This document shows, one piece after another, positions 1-14,500 of a stretch of 64,000 bases of DNA. The stretch is from Malacoraja senta (taxonomy: Eukaryota), in the NCBI GenBank assembly GCA_038087875.1, contig CM075988.1, forward strand, positions 16,246,001-16,310,000. The letters run 5' to 3'. Every line of letters begins with the position of its first letter. Position 1 is the stretch's first letter. The position numbers and the translations under genes were made by a program. The notes below the pieces were generated by a model, which made no database searches, had not been told where the DNA came from, and worked only from the letters and a program-made list of their open reading frames with translations.

Positions 1-42
1 CAAGGTAACCCTATGTCCAAATGCAACTTACAACTAACTCCT

Positions 43-242
43 AGGTAGACAAAAGTGCTGGAGAAGCTCAGCGGGTGCGGCAGCATCTATGCAGCGAAGG
101 AATTGGGCAACGTTTCGGGCCGAAACCCTTCTTCACCTATTGCCTATTTCCTTCGCTCCATAGACGCTGCTGCACCCGCTGAGTTTCTCCAGCACTTTTG
201 TCTACCTTCGATTTTCCAGCATCTGCAGTTCCTTCTTAAACA
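43..242. mobile_element. palindromic Penelope-like mini-element
   Basis: inverted arms GGTAGACAAAAGTGCTGGAGAA / TTCTCCAGCACTTTTGTCTACC; 15-bp TSD TTACAACTAACTCCT at 28-42 and 243-257. Confidence 0.75.
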
Positions 243-1289
243 TTACAACTAACTCCTTCTTGGTTTCCCAAACATTGATGCATTTTAACCATTCAGGTAC
301 CCCAAGACACTGGATTTTTGTTTCTCTTTTCTCTTCTATACTTTCTGTTCATACGAGGCCTCTGAGGCTATTAGTAAACTTATTTTCTCTGTTTTATGTT
401 ATGGAAGAGAATGGCAAGACATCAATAAACTGTAGGAAGTGTAAATACTGCCTTCTGCATAGCTTCTTGGTACAATATTGTAGACCCGGAGTTAATTAAA
501 CCATTGAGTCTCCTTTATTAGTTAATGGTTTAATGGTTTCTTTATTATCATGTGTACCAAGGTATAGTGAAATAGTTTTTTTGCATACAGCTCAGCAAGA
601 CTTTCACCATACATAAGCACAATTTCTTGGTTAGTGCAGAATGTATAGAAGAGCCCACTGAGTCCATATGCAAGAGGCACCATATTACAGTCCCAGCTGC
701 AGCTAGCCACAAAGACCCACTGCAGCAGTCGCCCCCCATTCCTGTCATCCAGTGAACTGTCGTCCCTCCACTTGCATGGCCCTCTTCAACCTGTGTACAT
801 TCCTTGCATGAAAATAGATGCACGTTCGCTTTGAATTCCCTTGATGTTCACTTACTTGCTTGTTCTGCCGACTAGATTTGCTCGCGTTTGCTCATTCGTG
901 TATTTGTATCTCTCATTTTGAGCAACTATTTCGGGGGTCCCCTTCCTCTACCAACTCAGTTTAAACATTCCCCAATATGCTCAGTCATTGAAAATATTCA
1001 AGGTTGTGTCAGTAGATAGGTAGACAGGAAATGAAGCAAAATATCCAAGGATTGGATGGGAAAGCAAACAAGACCCCATCCTGTGGAATCCTTTGCCTCT
1101 GGAATGAATGCGCTTCAACACTGAGAACTATATTCTACACTGTGTATTTTTCTTTTTTCTCCACATACTGTACTTGTTTAGCTTGATAATATTAACGTAT
1201 AATATTAACTGATTTGTTTTGATTAGCTAGCATGAAAAACAAAACTTTTCATTGTACCTCAGCACACATGACAATGATGTACCAAAATG

Positions 1290-2230
1290 AAGGGGAATCT
1301 CATTGAAAGCTTTCGGATAACGAAAGGCTTAGATAGATGGATGTGGAACGGATGTTTCCAGTAATGGGAGAATCTAGGACCAGAGCACACAGTCTCAGAA
1401 TAAAAGGCTGTACTTTTACAATGGAGATGAGGAAGAATTGCTTTAGCCAGAGGGTGGTGAATCTGTGGAATTATTTGGCACAGACGGCTGAGGATGCTGA
1501 GACATTGGGTATTTTTAAAGTGGAGATAGTTAAGTTCTTGATTAGTAAGGGTGTCAAAGGTTACAGGTGGAAGCAGTAGACTGTGGTTGGGAGGGAAAAT
1601 AGATCAGTCATGATTGAATGGCGGAGTAGACTCGATGCACTGAATGGCCCAATTATGCTTATGTCATTATCTAAACCTAAGCCTAAATGGTAAAGCAAGC
1701 TCGAAGGCCACTCTGGTCTCCTGCTCCCACTGTATATTCTAAGTCATCAATATTGTGAGTAATTTTGGGCACCATATCTGAGGAAGGATGTGCTGGCTCT
1801 GGAGAGACCCCAGAGGAGGTTTATAAGAATGATCCCAGGAATGAGTAGGTTAACCTATGATGAGCGTTTGTCGGCACTGGGCCTGTACTCGCTGGAGTTT
1901 AGAAGAATGAGGGAGGACCTCATTGAAACATGCAGACTAGTGAAAGGCTTGGATAGAGTGGATGGGGAGAAGATGTTTCCACAAGGTGGGAGAGTCTAGG
2001 ACTAGAGGTCATAGCCTCAGACTTAAAGGACATTCTTTTAGCAAGGAGATGAGGAGAAATTTATTTAGTCAGAGGGTGATAGATTTTTGATTAGTACAGG
2101 TTTCGGAGGTTATGGGAAGAAGGCAGGAGAATGGAGTTAGGAGGGAGAGATAGATCAGCCATGATTGAATGGCGGAGTAGATGTGATGGGCCAAATGCCT
2201 AATCTTACTCCTATTCTTTATGATCTTATA
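1290..2230 (+). mobile_element. two CR1 LINE 3' fragments
   Basis: ORF2 C-terminal peptides ([32 protein letters not shown]) plus CR1 3' UTR. Confidence 0.85.
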
Positions 2231-2364
2231 GGAAGAGAAGGAATCGCCCCATGCTGTCTCTGAAACAATGCAAGGGTGCTGCGGTGTTTTGCATTTCTGT
2301 TTGGCTCTACCCTTTATCTGCCAGTGTTGTTGTTGCATGCTCTCCTGTCTTCTTCACCGTACAG

Positions 2365-2549
2365 TGGACAAGGAGGAGGTGGAGCAGCAGATGTTATTCG
2401 TAGCCACAGCTCGGGCGATAGTTGAAAAAGTGGCACAATTTGCTGAAAAGATGAGTCAAGACGAGGCTCGAAAGAGAGGGCAACTGCTGCAGGCACAGGA
2501 CGCTGCCTTCCAACAGGCAGAAGAAGCCTCACCACTGAAGTACCTTCAG
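2365..2549 (+). CDS. coiled-coil gene exon (DKEEVEQQMLF...PLKYLQ)
   Basis: pyrimidine tract + acag acceptor, CAG|gtgagt donor. Confidence 0.75.
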
Positions 2550-5500
2550 GTGAGTGCACCATGTGTACTCCGACTGTTCTGATTTTGGTTTATTTTCTTT
2601 ATTTAAAGGGTTTCTCTTGCTTGACCATCAAACTTGTTCTTGTCCTTCACCCAAGGCAAGAAACAATATCATTGTTTGTTAGTGAATGTTTTTTTAGTAT
2701 AACCAGTAATAAACTTACTGTTGTAATTCAGCAACCATTTACCAGAATACTGCCTAGATTAGAAGGTATTAGCTGTAAGGAGAAGTTGGACAAACTTGGA
2801 TTGTTTTCTCTGGAGCATTGGAGGCTGGGGGATGGGGGTGGGGGGGGAGCAGACCGGATAGAAATTGATAAAATTACTGGACCAAGTGCAGACCCGTTGG
2901 GTCTGTTCGCCCAACGCGCGTTTGCGGGGCGGGGGGGGGGGGGTTGAGAGGAATTGATAGGGTAGACAGTCAGATCTTTATTCCCAGGGTGGAATGTCAA
3001 ATACTAGAGGGCATAGCTTTAAGGTGAGAAGGGCAACATTTAAAGGAGATTTGCGGGGCAAGATTTTTTATACAGAGGGTTGTGGGTGCTTGGAACACAT
3101 TGCCACGGGTGGTGGTGGAGGCAGATATGATAGTGACATTTAAGAGGCTTTTGGATAGGCACATGGATCTGCAGGTTGATGGAAGGATATGGGTCATGTG
3201 CAGGCAGAGGAGATTAGTTTAACTTGGTATCATGTACGACGCAGACAATGTGGGCTTCAGTTGAGATTCAATAATGCCCATCAACATCTTCTTGCGTATG
3301 GCGTAAGGACAACTTGCGTAAGGACAACTTGTTCTATTTGATCTTATTTGATTGTGCACGCTGGGTTGATTGCATTCGTCGAAACAGGGCGGACCACGTG
3401 AAGGTTGCAATCTCCCACCCCGTGCCCATCAAGATGGTGTTGGAACAATACTGAAAATTAAATAAATTGGGAGTCTGGAAAAGAAGCCGAGGGCAGTGGG
3501 AAAATCGGATAGCTTCCTAAACTTTACAAAGCTATGGATTGCATGGCTTTCTTCTTCAGCTTTCCAGCAGTACATTATCATTGGCTTTCTCCTGTGCTTT
3601 GATAAGTGGGTGTTTAAGGTGATAAATGTATTTTCGTTCAAGCAGCATTCACAAGCCTAGATTTTATAAATACAAGTTCTATGTTGCAATCAGCTGATTA
3701 TTGGGGTGGTGGGTTGCTATGGCTACTGACTTGATCTTAGAGCTGTCGGTGCCAATTGCAGCAAGCTCGGTAAATGCCAAATGATTACAAATAACAGTGT
3801 GAAAGATTTAGAACATAGATGAGTATAGTACAGGAACAGGCCATTAAGCCACAATGTTGGTGCCAAACTGCATGCCAAGACCAACTGTTATCTAGCTGCA
3901 CATCCCTCCATATCTCTGTGCCTATGCAAAAGCCTCTTAAATGCCACTATTGTATCTGCCACAATCACCACCCCGGTAGTGTGTTCCAAGCACCCATCAA
4001 CCTTGGTGAAAAAAACTTGCTGTAAACATCTCCTTTAAACTTTGCCCTCTCACCCGAAAGCTATGCCATATAGTATTTGATATGTCCATCCTGGAAAACA
4101 AGTTTTAAATATCTACTGCATATATGTCTAATTTTTTTATGGTTCTATCAGTTATAGACTATAGTTCTCCCCTCAAGCCCTGGCATTTCAGAGAAAACAA
4201 TTCAACCAATGTTCAACCTCTCTCTGAACCTAATACTCTCTGATCCAGGCATCATTCTGGTAAACTTCCTTTGCACCCTTTCCAAAGCTTCCATACCTGT
4301 CCTGTCATGGGGCGACTAGAACGGCACTCAATACTCCAATTGTGGCGTAATCAAAGTCTTATAAAGCTGCAGGACTCTTGTACTCAATGGCTGGACCAGC
4401 TTGGCCAACAGTGCAGGAGAGCTTCTTCACAGCTCTGCAGCTTTGCTGATTGGAACTCAACTGTAACGATTGGAACAAGTGAGGTAAAGCAGGAAATGTG
4501 ATTAGCACGAGTCACCAGTGTAAATCTTCAAGGATAATAAATAGAGAAGTAATGGGCCTGTCCCACTTAGGCGACTGTCAGAGTGGAACACGCACACGCA
4601 CACCCGTAAAGGCAGGGGTCAGGGCAAGTGGGGGGAGAACTGTCTAAAATTCACATGGTGCAAAGCCAAGGTGATACAGACGCACACCGCAATGAACAGG
4701 AAGGTTGGCGCTGTAATTAAGACGCCTAGCACAGTGTATGGGTAAGTCCTTTAAAGGGGGGGGGGAGAAGGAGTGGAGACTGTTGAGCAGCCAGACAACA
4801 TTTAAGAAGCCAGAGAAACACGGCTGTGCAGCTCAGCAGACATTAACATTACCGGTTGGCTATCCTTGGTTCTGAAAACTATTGCTTACGTATTTTTTCC
4901 CCAATGAGCCAATGACATTCACCGGTCAGCACCGGCTGCAGCCTTCAAGAACCTAAGTGAACCTTTGACCTCCTGGCAACCCATTAGGACCTTCTGGCAA
5001 CCCAACTACGGCACGAGAATTCTCGCTACTCCCCATGGCGGCTTCATCTAGTCGCCACAAATTTTTCAACATGTTGAAAAATTCTCGGTGACCATAATGA
5101 GGCCGCGACCAGTTCCCAGAATGCGGGAACTCCTCACAACCATGAAGTCGACACCCCGGCAACCACCCGCGAAAATGTGGAGACCATGTGGCGACTGCAA
5201 AGTCTCCTGCAGTCGCCTAAAAAGTCGCCTACGTGGGAGAGGCCCATAAGGTTTTCAACACCTTTCCAGTCCTGGAGATTATAAAATAGAATGTATAAAT
5301 AATCCCCATACTTTGAGGTTGCAAAGTTTGTTTCATATCCACAGAATTCCAAAGTGCCTCCCAGGACCATTAAAATAACTTGAACACCCAAGAATGATGG
5401 AGATTACAGAAAGTGGTGGACACTGCCTGGTCCATCATGGGTACTGACCTCCCCACCATCATAGGGATTTATAGGAGGAGCTGCTTCAAAAAAGCAGCCA

Positions 5501-8500
5501 GCATCACCGAGGACCCACACCACCCTGACCATACTCTCATTTCACTCCTACCATCAGGAAGAAGGTATAGGGCTCTGAAAACGTGACATCCAGATTCAGG
5601 AACAGATTCTTCCAAACAATCATTAGGCTTTGAACACCACAAAGTCCAACTGAACTACGAACTGTCTTGGTTGCGCAAGAGACTTTGGATTTTCATTTTG
5701 ATTTGCACTAATCTTGGATTTTTTATTTATTGAACTTATTTATGTTTATTATATTGAGTACTGTATTTACAGACCTGTCATGTTGCTTTAAGTAAGAATT
5801 TCATTGTTCTGTTTTTGGACTGCTGACAATTGAACACTTGACTTGACAAATTTTAAACCAGTTCATGCAAGAAGATATCAAGTGCTAGAGAAACTCAACG
5901 GGTCAGGCAGAATTTATGAATGGAATGAACAGATGTTTCAGATCGGGATCCTTCTTCAGATTGATGGACTAGGGGTGGAGAAAGCTGGAAAAGAGAGGTA
6001 GAGGTGGAACAAATCCTGGTAATAGCTGGATACAGGTTGGGAGGGGGGAGGGGGGCCTTCTCACGCTTTCTCCTCATTTATTGCATCAGCCTGAAGAAGG
6101 GTCCCGACCCAAAACATTGCCATATGTCCATTTCCCTCTACCGATGCTGCCTGACCCATTCAGTTCCTCCAGCACTTTGTTTTTGAGCAAGATTCCAGCA
6201 TCTATAGTCTTTTTTGTGTCTATTTTGATGGCAGGCTTGAGTAACAATGTGAATAGAAGATATTGTTTGAATCTCACACAAACGCTCGTTATTCCCAAGG
6301 AAGCCTCACCCTGAGTGCACAACTGACTGGTCATTCTCATTTACTTACAGTTGAAAACCTTGCTAATTCAAGAGTTTCAGGAAAACATAATAATCCACTG
6401 GACTGGCCTTGACATGGTGTACATCAGACTGGGACATCTGCGAGATCTGGCAGAACTATATGTCCTGGAAACCAAGGTAAATTGGGGAACATCTATTGTA
6501 ATACAGAGGGCAAGAATAAAGAGTGTTGTGATCTTATAGCCCTTATCAACCCCCCTCACCTTGTGTAACTTTCCATTTCAGGGTCTTCTGTCTGGAGATG
6601 TCTATCATTTTGGTGATTACCAATTGACCAAGACCCAGCACACCAACCTCTTTCATGGCTCACCAGATTCAACCATCAGGACAATGCTCCCTCTTATTAA
6701 GCAACTAATAAACCTTTTGGAGACTGACAGAACCATTATTCTTTCTCCAGCCACTCTTCCCCCTGTATCAAACAAAGGTTGGCCATTTCAGTTTCCATTG
6801 CTACTCACTTCTTCACCTTCAGTCCCCAGTCTATCCTCATTATCATGGACCTCTTTATAACAGATTTCAGTTATAGTTGTTGCGGCACTGTGGCGCAGCG
6901 GTAGAGTTGCTGCCTTACAGCCCTTGCAGCGCCAGAGACCTGGGTTCGATCCCGACTACGGGTGCTGTCTGTATGGGGTTTGTACGTTCTCCCCGTGACC
7001 ACGTGGGTTTTCTCCTACTTCGATTTCCTCCCACACTCCAAAGACATGCAGGTTTGTAGGTTAATTAGCTTTGGTTTGTATACTTGGTATGTGTAAATCG
7101 TCCCTAGTGTGTGTAGGATTGTGTTAACATGTGAGGATGGCTGTTCAGTACGGACTCGGTGGGCCGAAGGGCCTGTTTCAGTCCTGTATCTCTGAACTAA
7201 ACTGAATGCGACCCCATAGTAATTAGACAGCACTGTCTCTTTAAGAACACAGGCTACTGTTTACAGTGTTGTAGGCCATTGAAATTGCTTCAGTCAACAC
7301 TTGTTCAATAATACTCTATTAAACAATGTAACAGCCTTTAGTATTTTTAGCTTGCATTAACAAAAATACAGTTTTAGCTGCTGAAAGAGCTACAAGAAAT
7401 GATAAGAAATTATAATGAGGGTTATCTGTACAGGATTTTAGTAAGTGAGTGTGTTTGTGGAGTGCAATGCCAAACTCCAGCAATACCATGCTATGGTCCA
7501 CTTCATTCCTTCAATGACAGCCAAAAATGTTATCCCTTTCCATTCCAGTGCCCGTGCTGCCATTCCTATTCCAGTCCCCTTCCTGACAATCCCAATCCAG
7601 GAAATGCAGCCTTAAAAATGCAGTGCTCGACAACAGCTACTGTATATATAGTTTCTGAAACATATTAAAATGGAGTGAGAAAAGGTAGTTTTAAGCAGCA
7701 AAAAAAGATGAACACATCCTGCTTCATGGCATTTTATATCGCAAATTCACCTGCCAACCTGCTCAACTTTGGGATGTGGGAGACAACCAGAGCACATGGA
7801 AGAATGTAGTTCTACAACTTATAGACTCCAAGCAGACAATGCCAGAGGTCAGGATCGAACGCTGATCACAGCATAGCTCCCTGTATTGCTGAGCGACTCC
7901 CAGCTATTCAAAGCAATGAATAGTGCTCAATGAGCTAAAACAATGTAGACAAGTCCTTCCTTCTAGTTTGCTGACAATTTCAAAAGGTTTATTCTGCTTT
8001 AAAATATGCAATATTTTATTTTAAACAGGTCCTGTTGGCAGTGGTAGCTCACAAGCTGGGCTGCTACCATATCCGGAGCTTCCTGAAGTTCCTGCGAGAT
8101 TCCTCGCTGCGGCTCCTGAAACACCGGCCTCTGGATCATCTCCGATACATGATGACGTGCGTGCAGAGAGGCAAGCGCTAATCAGGTGGGCATTCTTCAC
8201 AGGAGCAGCCTGATATAATTTTTAAAAAGGAGACTCCAGGGGAAGAATTTTGGACTCCATAAATTCCCCACCATTTTTGGAGGGAGTGAGCATTAAGATA
8301 GAAATGAGAACGCAGTGGACCAGTACTTTGATTCATGAAATTGGAGGAAAGAGGGCCATTTAGTGGTGAACTGGATTTCATCCATTCTGTGCACCACTGA
8401 TGCCACAGAGTCATACAACATGTACACAGGCCTTTCGGCCCATTGAGTCCATGCCAACCATCACATACCCATTTACACTAATCCAATTTTACCCCACCCA

Positions 8501-11500
8501 CCCACTTTCCCATAAGGTTAAGTTACACAAATCACATTTTATTCCCACCACATTTTCAATAAACTTCCCATAGATTTTACTGCTCATCTACACACCAGCA
8601 ATTTGCAGCGGCTGATTGCTGGTGTACCCACATGTCTTTGGGCTGTGGGAGGAAACTGGAGCACTTTGGAGAAACGCAGAATGAAGGTGCAAACTCCACA
8701 CAGACAGCACTGCAGGAATGAACCTGTTTCACTCGAGCTCTAAGGCAGCTGTTCTTCTCGCTGTGCCACTGTGGTATGCCATTTGTGGACCTAAAGATCT
8801 TTTCATTTGTGGAAAGGGGGCTAAAGTGTGTTGAAAACCCATCTAACATCTGATCAAATCCCATTGGAATCAACCTTGGGTGTTGCTAACAAAGGCAAAC
8901 AATGTTTTACAATGAAGATAGACACAAAAAGCTGGAGTAACTCAACGGGTCAGGCAGCATCTTTGGAGAAAAGGAATAGGTGACGTTTTGGGTCGAGACC
9001 CTTTTCAGACTGAGAGTCAGGGGAAGGGGAAATGAGAGATAGACGGTCATATAGAGAGAGAGAGAGAGATATAGAACAAATGAATAAAAGATGTGCAAAA
9101 AGTAACGCCGATCAAAAAAGATGGAGCCCACAATGGTCCAATGTTGGCTGTGGGTTATGTGATAATGAGTTATACAGACAGTGAAACTGAACAGGATGAC
9201 AGTGAAGCTAGTATGATGATTAGGCTGGGGGAGGGATGAAGAGAGAGGGGATGCAAGGGTTACTTGAAACTAAAGAAATAAATATTCACACCATTGGGTT
9301 GTAAGCTGCCCAGGCAAAATATGAGGTGTTATTCCTCCAATTTGCATTTGGACTTTTGCCATGGAGTCAAAGACTTGGAAATGCCCTGATTGAAGAAGGG
9401 TCTCGACCTGAAATGTCACCCATTCTTTCTCTCCAGAGATGCTGCCTGTCCCGCTGAGTTACTCCAGCACCTATCCTGGAACTCCTTGTCGGTCACAGTT
9501 GGACCCCTCTTCATAATCTGACATCTCTTCCAGTTACATGCCAATTAAATTAAGTTGCAGCTATACTCACTTCTTGGTGCCATTTCTTTCATTTTTAATA
9601 ATAATTTTTCTATTTTTGTTGCTTTTAATCCCTGCGGCATTGTAAGATTTCACATTGAGAAGCATGCATCCGAGGCAGTCCAGCTGGAGATCACCTTGAT
9701 ATCAGATGAAGTGAAGAGAATTTGCCGGGTGCTGGAAGAGGTATGTGAGTGATAGAGAGCACCAGACACACGCAGACCACAAACAGGGAGTTTCTTTTCT
9801 TGACGAATTCAAAAAAATTCCCTCACTGAAGAATTGTGGGCCCACAACACAAGACCCCAGCAATGATGGGGAGCATTTAAATGGACAGGGTATGATAATA
9901 GTGCCCAATTTAAGGCGCAGAAACCTGCAGGCTGGTGGATAACGATAAGAATTTGTTCATTTATTTATTGGTTTATTATTGTCATGTGTACCGAGAAAGA
10001 GTGAAAAACTTTATGTGTCTGCTATCCAGTCATACCGTAGGATACATGCGTACAACCAAGACATGCACAAGTACAACAGCTAGAGCAAAGAGAAGAACAC
10101 CAGAGTGTAAAATATAGTGTTAGAACATTACAGTGTTACAGTTACAGAGAAAGTGCAATTGAAAAAAAGTGCATGGTCCATAATGTGGTACGTTGGAATA
10201 TTAGGACTATAGCATTGCTTTGGAGAGGTCTGTTCAGTAAGGAAGATGTTGTTCCTGAATCTGGTGGTACATCCTTTCAAGCTTTCGTATCTTCTGCCTG
10301 ATGAGAAAGCTGAGCAGAGAAACTGAAGGGGGTGATAGTGGTTCTTAATTAAGTTAGTGGGTGGGTTGATGGATAGTGTGGGAGGATGGGGGGGGGGGGT
10401 GAAGAGAGCTGGTTTGTGTGTAATACTCGGAGTTACATCGTAGCTATAAATAATATGCATGCTGATATGTGTACAAAGCACTGAAAGATGTGTTTTTGCT
10501 GTTTGATTAGTTGCTGGAGGAAGAGGATAGCAGAAAATCTGACCAGATGGAGAAACTGCTGATGGATTTGATGGAACAACGTCGAAAATCAGTCCAGGCA
10601 TTGCATGACCAACATGCTGTGGATCTAATGGAAGTTGGGCTTGAACCTAAACTGGCGATGCCCAAAAACATCCTTGAAATGGAGAAAGACATAATTAGCG
10701 GATTGAAGCTGTTGGTCACTGATTTCCAAACATTCTATGGAAAGATCGAGCACAAACAGGTCAAATTAAATGACCAATTGTCAAAAAATTCGGATTGTCT
10801 CTGAGTTAACCATTCAAAACATTTTTTTATAAAGATTATTTATTTAAAATATATAATTTACCTAAAATAATTTAAAAAAAAACCAATATTAGATAATTAA
10901 AAATATTAAGGTGGAACACTGATTTAAAACAATTATTTTTACCTCCTTTGAAGGTTCCCCTACCATTGGAGACAAGCGAGAGCAATGCGCAAAACCCTGT
11001 TGCACATTTGGTTGACAAGGAGGCCAGCTTCACGTATCATTCACTCCCGCCTCTGCAAAGTTGGGAATTGTCACTGGAAGCCTCAAAGTTAGTGATGCAG
11101 GATATCAGGAAACTCATCCGAGTATATACAAAAATAGATATCTACAGTAGGTTACAGGTACAGTTACACACACAGACCTATGTTTACTTCATATTTTCCC
11201 CTGTGAATGCTCAAAACTAATTCTCAGACTTTTTAAACTTGTTTAAAGTGGCATTTTTGTTCTCAGAAGTTGGAAACCCAGGAGCAGCAGAGCAGAGCCT
11301 GGGCTCCCATTAGCCAAAACTGGCATCCAATAGAACCTGTCTGACTTTAGACCATAGAAGCTCACAGCACTCCCTGTATCGGGAACCTTTTATACCCAGA
11401 GAGTGGCGAGTACCTGGAATACACATCTATCCTGTAATCTTGTAGACTACAGGAAATCTTTTCCCATATCAAAGAGAAATAAAAGTAGAGGACATGGATT

Positions 11501-14500
11501 TAGGTTAAAGGATAAGATATTTGAAGTCGATCAGAAGGGAATCTTTTATAACCCGAGTAGTGAGTACCTGGAATGCACTGCCTGAGAGAATGGTGGAAGC
11601 AGAGGCACTGAGAAGAAGTCTTTAGACAGGCACTTAAATCCCCGAGGCAAAGAAGATTACGGACCAAGTGCTTGATGGGACTAATACAGATAGATGGCCA
11701 CTGGTTTGTGTGGATGTGGTGTGGGCCAAAAGGCCTGTTTTATGCTGTCTGATCCTGAGTGGTTGGCCTTTCATGTTGTCCTCTTCAATCCCAGATGCAG
11801 AATTTAGATGAAGCTGTTGGCAAACCTCTCAGCAAACAAGACTGTCCCTCGGGTGAACGAACAGCATCTACAGTTGGGAGGTATCTGCAGGAGGAACATG
11901 TAAGAAGACTCTCAAATCTCCTCAGGCTGCAGAGGGAAGAGAGAAAGCAACAGATAATGGCAGTGGGAAAACCACATGTAAGAACGAGCCTCACCTAAAG
12001 ATGCACTCCCTCCACAAATCATCTATAATCACGTTTAGTAGAGACAGAGAACAATGCAGCACGGGTGCAGGCCCTTTGGCCCACAATGTCTGTGGTGAAC
12101 ATGATGGCAACTTAAAATAATCTCCTCTGTCTGCACATGATCCATATCGATCCTCTAGTCTTTGATATTTCCTCCATGGGAAAAAAGATTCTGGGTGTCT
12201 GCCCTGTTCATGCCTCACATCATTTTATTAACTTCTTTAAGGCTCAGCCTCCAACGTGCCAGAAAATATAATCGAAGGTTAGTCAAACATATCCTTACAG
12301 CTAATATTCTCTAATCCAGACAGTGGTAAACCTCTCCTGTGCCCTCTCCACATCCTTCCTGTAACATAGCGACCAAAACTGCACACCATACCTCAAATAT
12401 GGCCTTACCAACATTTTATAAATCTACATAGATATTGCCTGCGTACATGAGTAAACAGTGAGGTGAGATGGGCAAGTGTTTAATAACTGAGTTTTATTCT
12501 AACTGTAGGAAGAAAATGAAGATGTGTCTATGACGCAGACATTCAGTCGAGAGGATTCAGCAGCGCAGTCAAACAAACATAATGCGGACCTGCAGAGAGA
12601 GCTTGCCCTACAGCACAAGGAGCGTGAGGACCTTGTAGAGGAACAGGTGATTCTTCATGAGCATTAAATGGAAAACGTAGGTTTTAAACAACTGGCTCCA
12701 ATTTCTTCAGTCCTGATGATAGTTTCAGGAAATGTGATTGCAAATGGCACTCAGGTTAATCGACAAAAGATTCTACTGATACTGCAAAAAATCAAGAGGA
12801 ATTCAGGACCAGTTCCTTGCCCTGTCGAATATTGTCCTATTGGGATTTTCGATTTTGAAAGAGATCTGAATTATTGAATGAACAAGATATCTTTTCAATG
12901 TATCTCAACATATTTTGGATGGTGGGCTTTAGTAATGGGACCATGAATTTTCCAAAAGAGTGCCTTCACTGTTACGAGGGGAATTGTTGGAACTGATGCA
13001 GGTTGCCTCGTTCAATGTGGTGAAGCTTTCAAAACACTCTGGGGAAGAGAAGGGTGGAGAATGAAGTAACATGAGGTGCAATCTGTTTTGCTCAAAAGGT
13101 TGCACGTTACTGGAGCTGACTACTGAAGCAGTGTAAATACCTTAAGCAAGATAACCAGAGGGAGAAGGAATAGAGAGTTATCATGAAGCCATGCTGTGGG
13201 TTGGATTGCATCAGCCATTCTTTTCTTTGATCTTCTGTTTCTCCGGCATTTTCAGATGCGATTGCAGGAGGAACAGGCGATCAGGGAAGCAAGGACAGGA
13301 GATGGGAAAGGTGACATTGGAACCGTGGTTTGCCTTATCCAATTGTTACGTCACCTGCGGCAGTACATTCTCCTGGATCAGAGTCTAAAAAAGCAGCAGC
13401 AGGAATGCAGGGAAGCATCGCACTGTCGTGTAGAGGTTTGTACATCTTCCTCACTCTTGACGTCCAGGGATTTTATTATTATATACAAATTAAAACAGGA
13501 AATACTCAGCAGGTAAGGCTGCTTCCATGGAAGAGATACAGAGCTGTCATTTCAGATTCAAAGATCTGAATGATGAAAAGATCTGATGAAGAGAAGATAA
13601 GATGGCTGTTTAATTTTGCAAGTATGTTTTCTTTAGCTGTGACTATTCCCATGCTTTTCTAGTTACCATTTCTCATTTTAACCTCCATTAACTTGAGGTT
13701 ATACACACCTGTGGTCCCCACAACCTATCTCTGCCATTTACAATGGTCCCTGGCTGATTTCAGAATGTATTGGGTGGCATGGATGTGGCGGGCCAGAGGA
13801 CATGTTTCCTTGCTCTACAAATATCTAACTCTGTAGTTAAAACAAATGAATGATGGCATGCATTGGAATGATGACTTGTGTTGCAGCAATGGTTGGCAGA
13901 GGATGATGACGCTGACATGAAACCCTTGCGCAACCAAGCAGAAGGCCAACATCTAGCTTTGATGGACTTGAAATCTGTCATTGCCTTACTGGAACTAAGA
14001 GAGAAAAAGCTTCAGGAATTTGCTGATAGCTTAAAATCATTCACTTCTGACAAGGTTGGTAATGTGAAAATATCTGTGTAATCTATTGATAAACCGGGAC
14101 TGTGGCATTTTCTCAATCTCTTCTGGAATTAGAGAAATTTGCTAACAAAACTTTACATTTAACACTTCCTTTAAGCTGACTGAAAAATATTTCAACCAAA
14201 CCACCTTAGATAGAAGATAAAATGTATAGCACAGGAACAGGCCCTGCGGTCTACATAGTGCCATTAAAATAATCTCTGCTACCTGCACGTGATCCATATC
14301 TCTCCATTCCCTCCTCTTAAATGCTACCATCATATCTGCCTTGGCAGCGCGTTCCAGGCACCCACCACTCTCGATGTAAAATAAAAACTTGCACTGCACT
14401 TCTCCCTTGAACATTGCCACCTTTAGGGAGCTGTGGACCCCAAGATCCCTCTGCACATCAATGCTGTTAAGGGTCATGCCATTAACCATATACTTTCTCT

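Noticed and set aside
4433..4483. Extra 51-nt phase 0-0 exon of the coiled-coil gene (LCSFADWNSTVTIGTSE)
   Set aside because: Splice sites are plausible, but it abuts a CR1 fragment and is not needed for the frame; unsupported without RNA data.
6880..6960. tRNA gene
   Set aside because: The A and B boxes belong to a SINE head; there is no cloverleaf and a V-domain follows.
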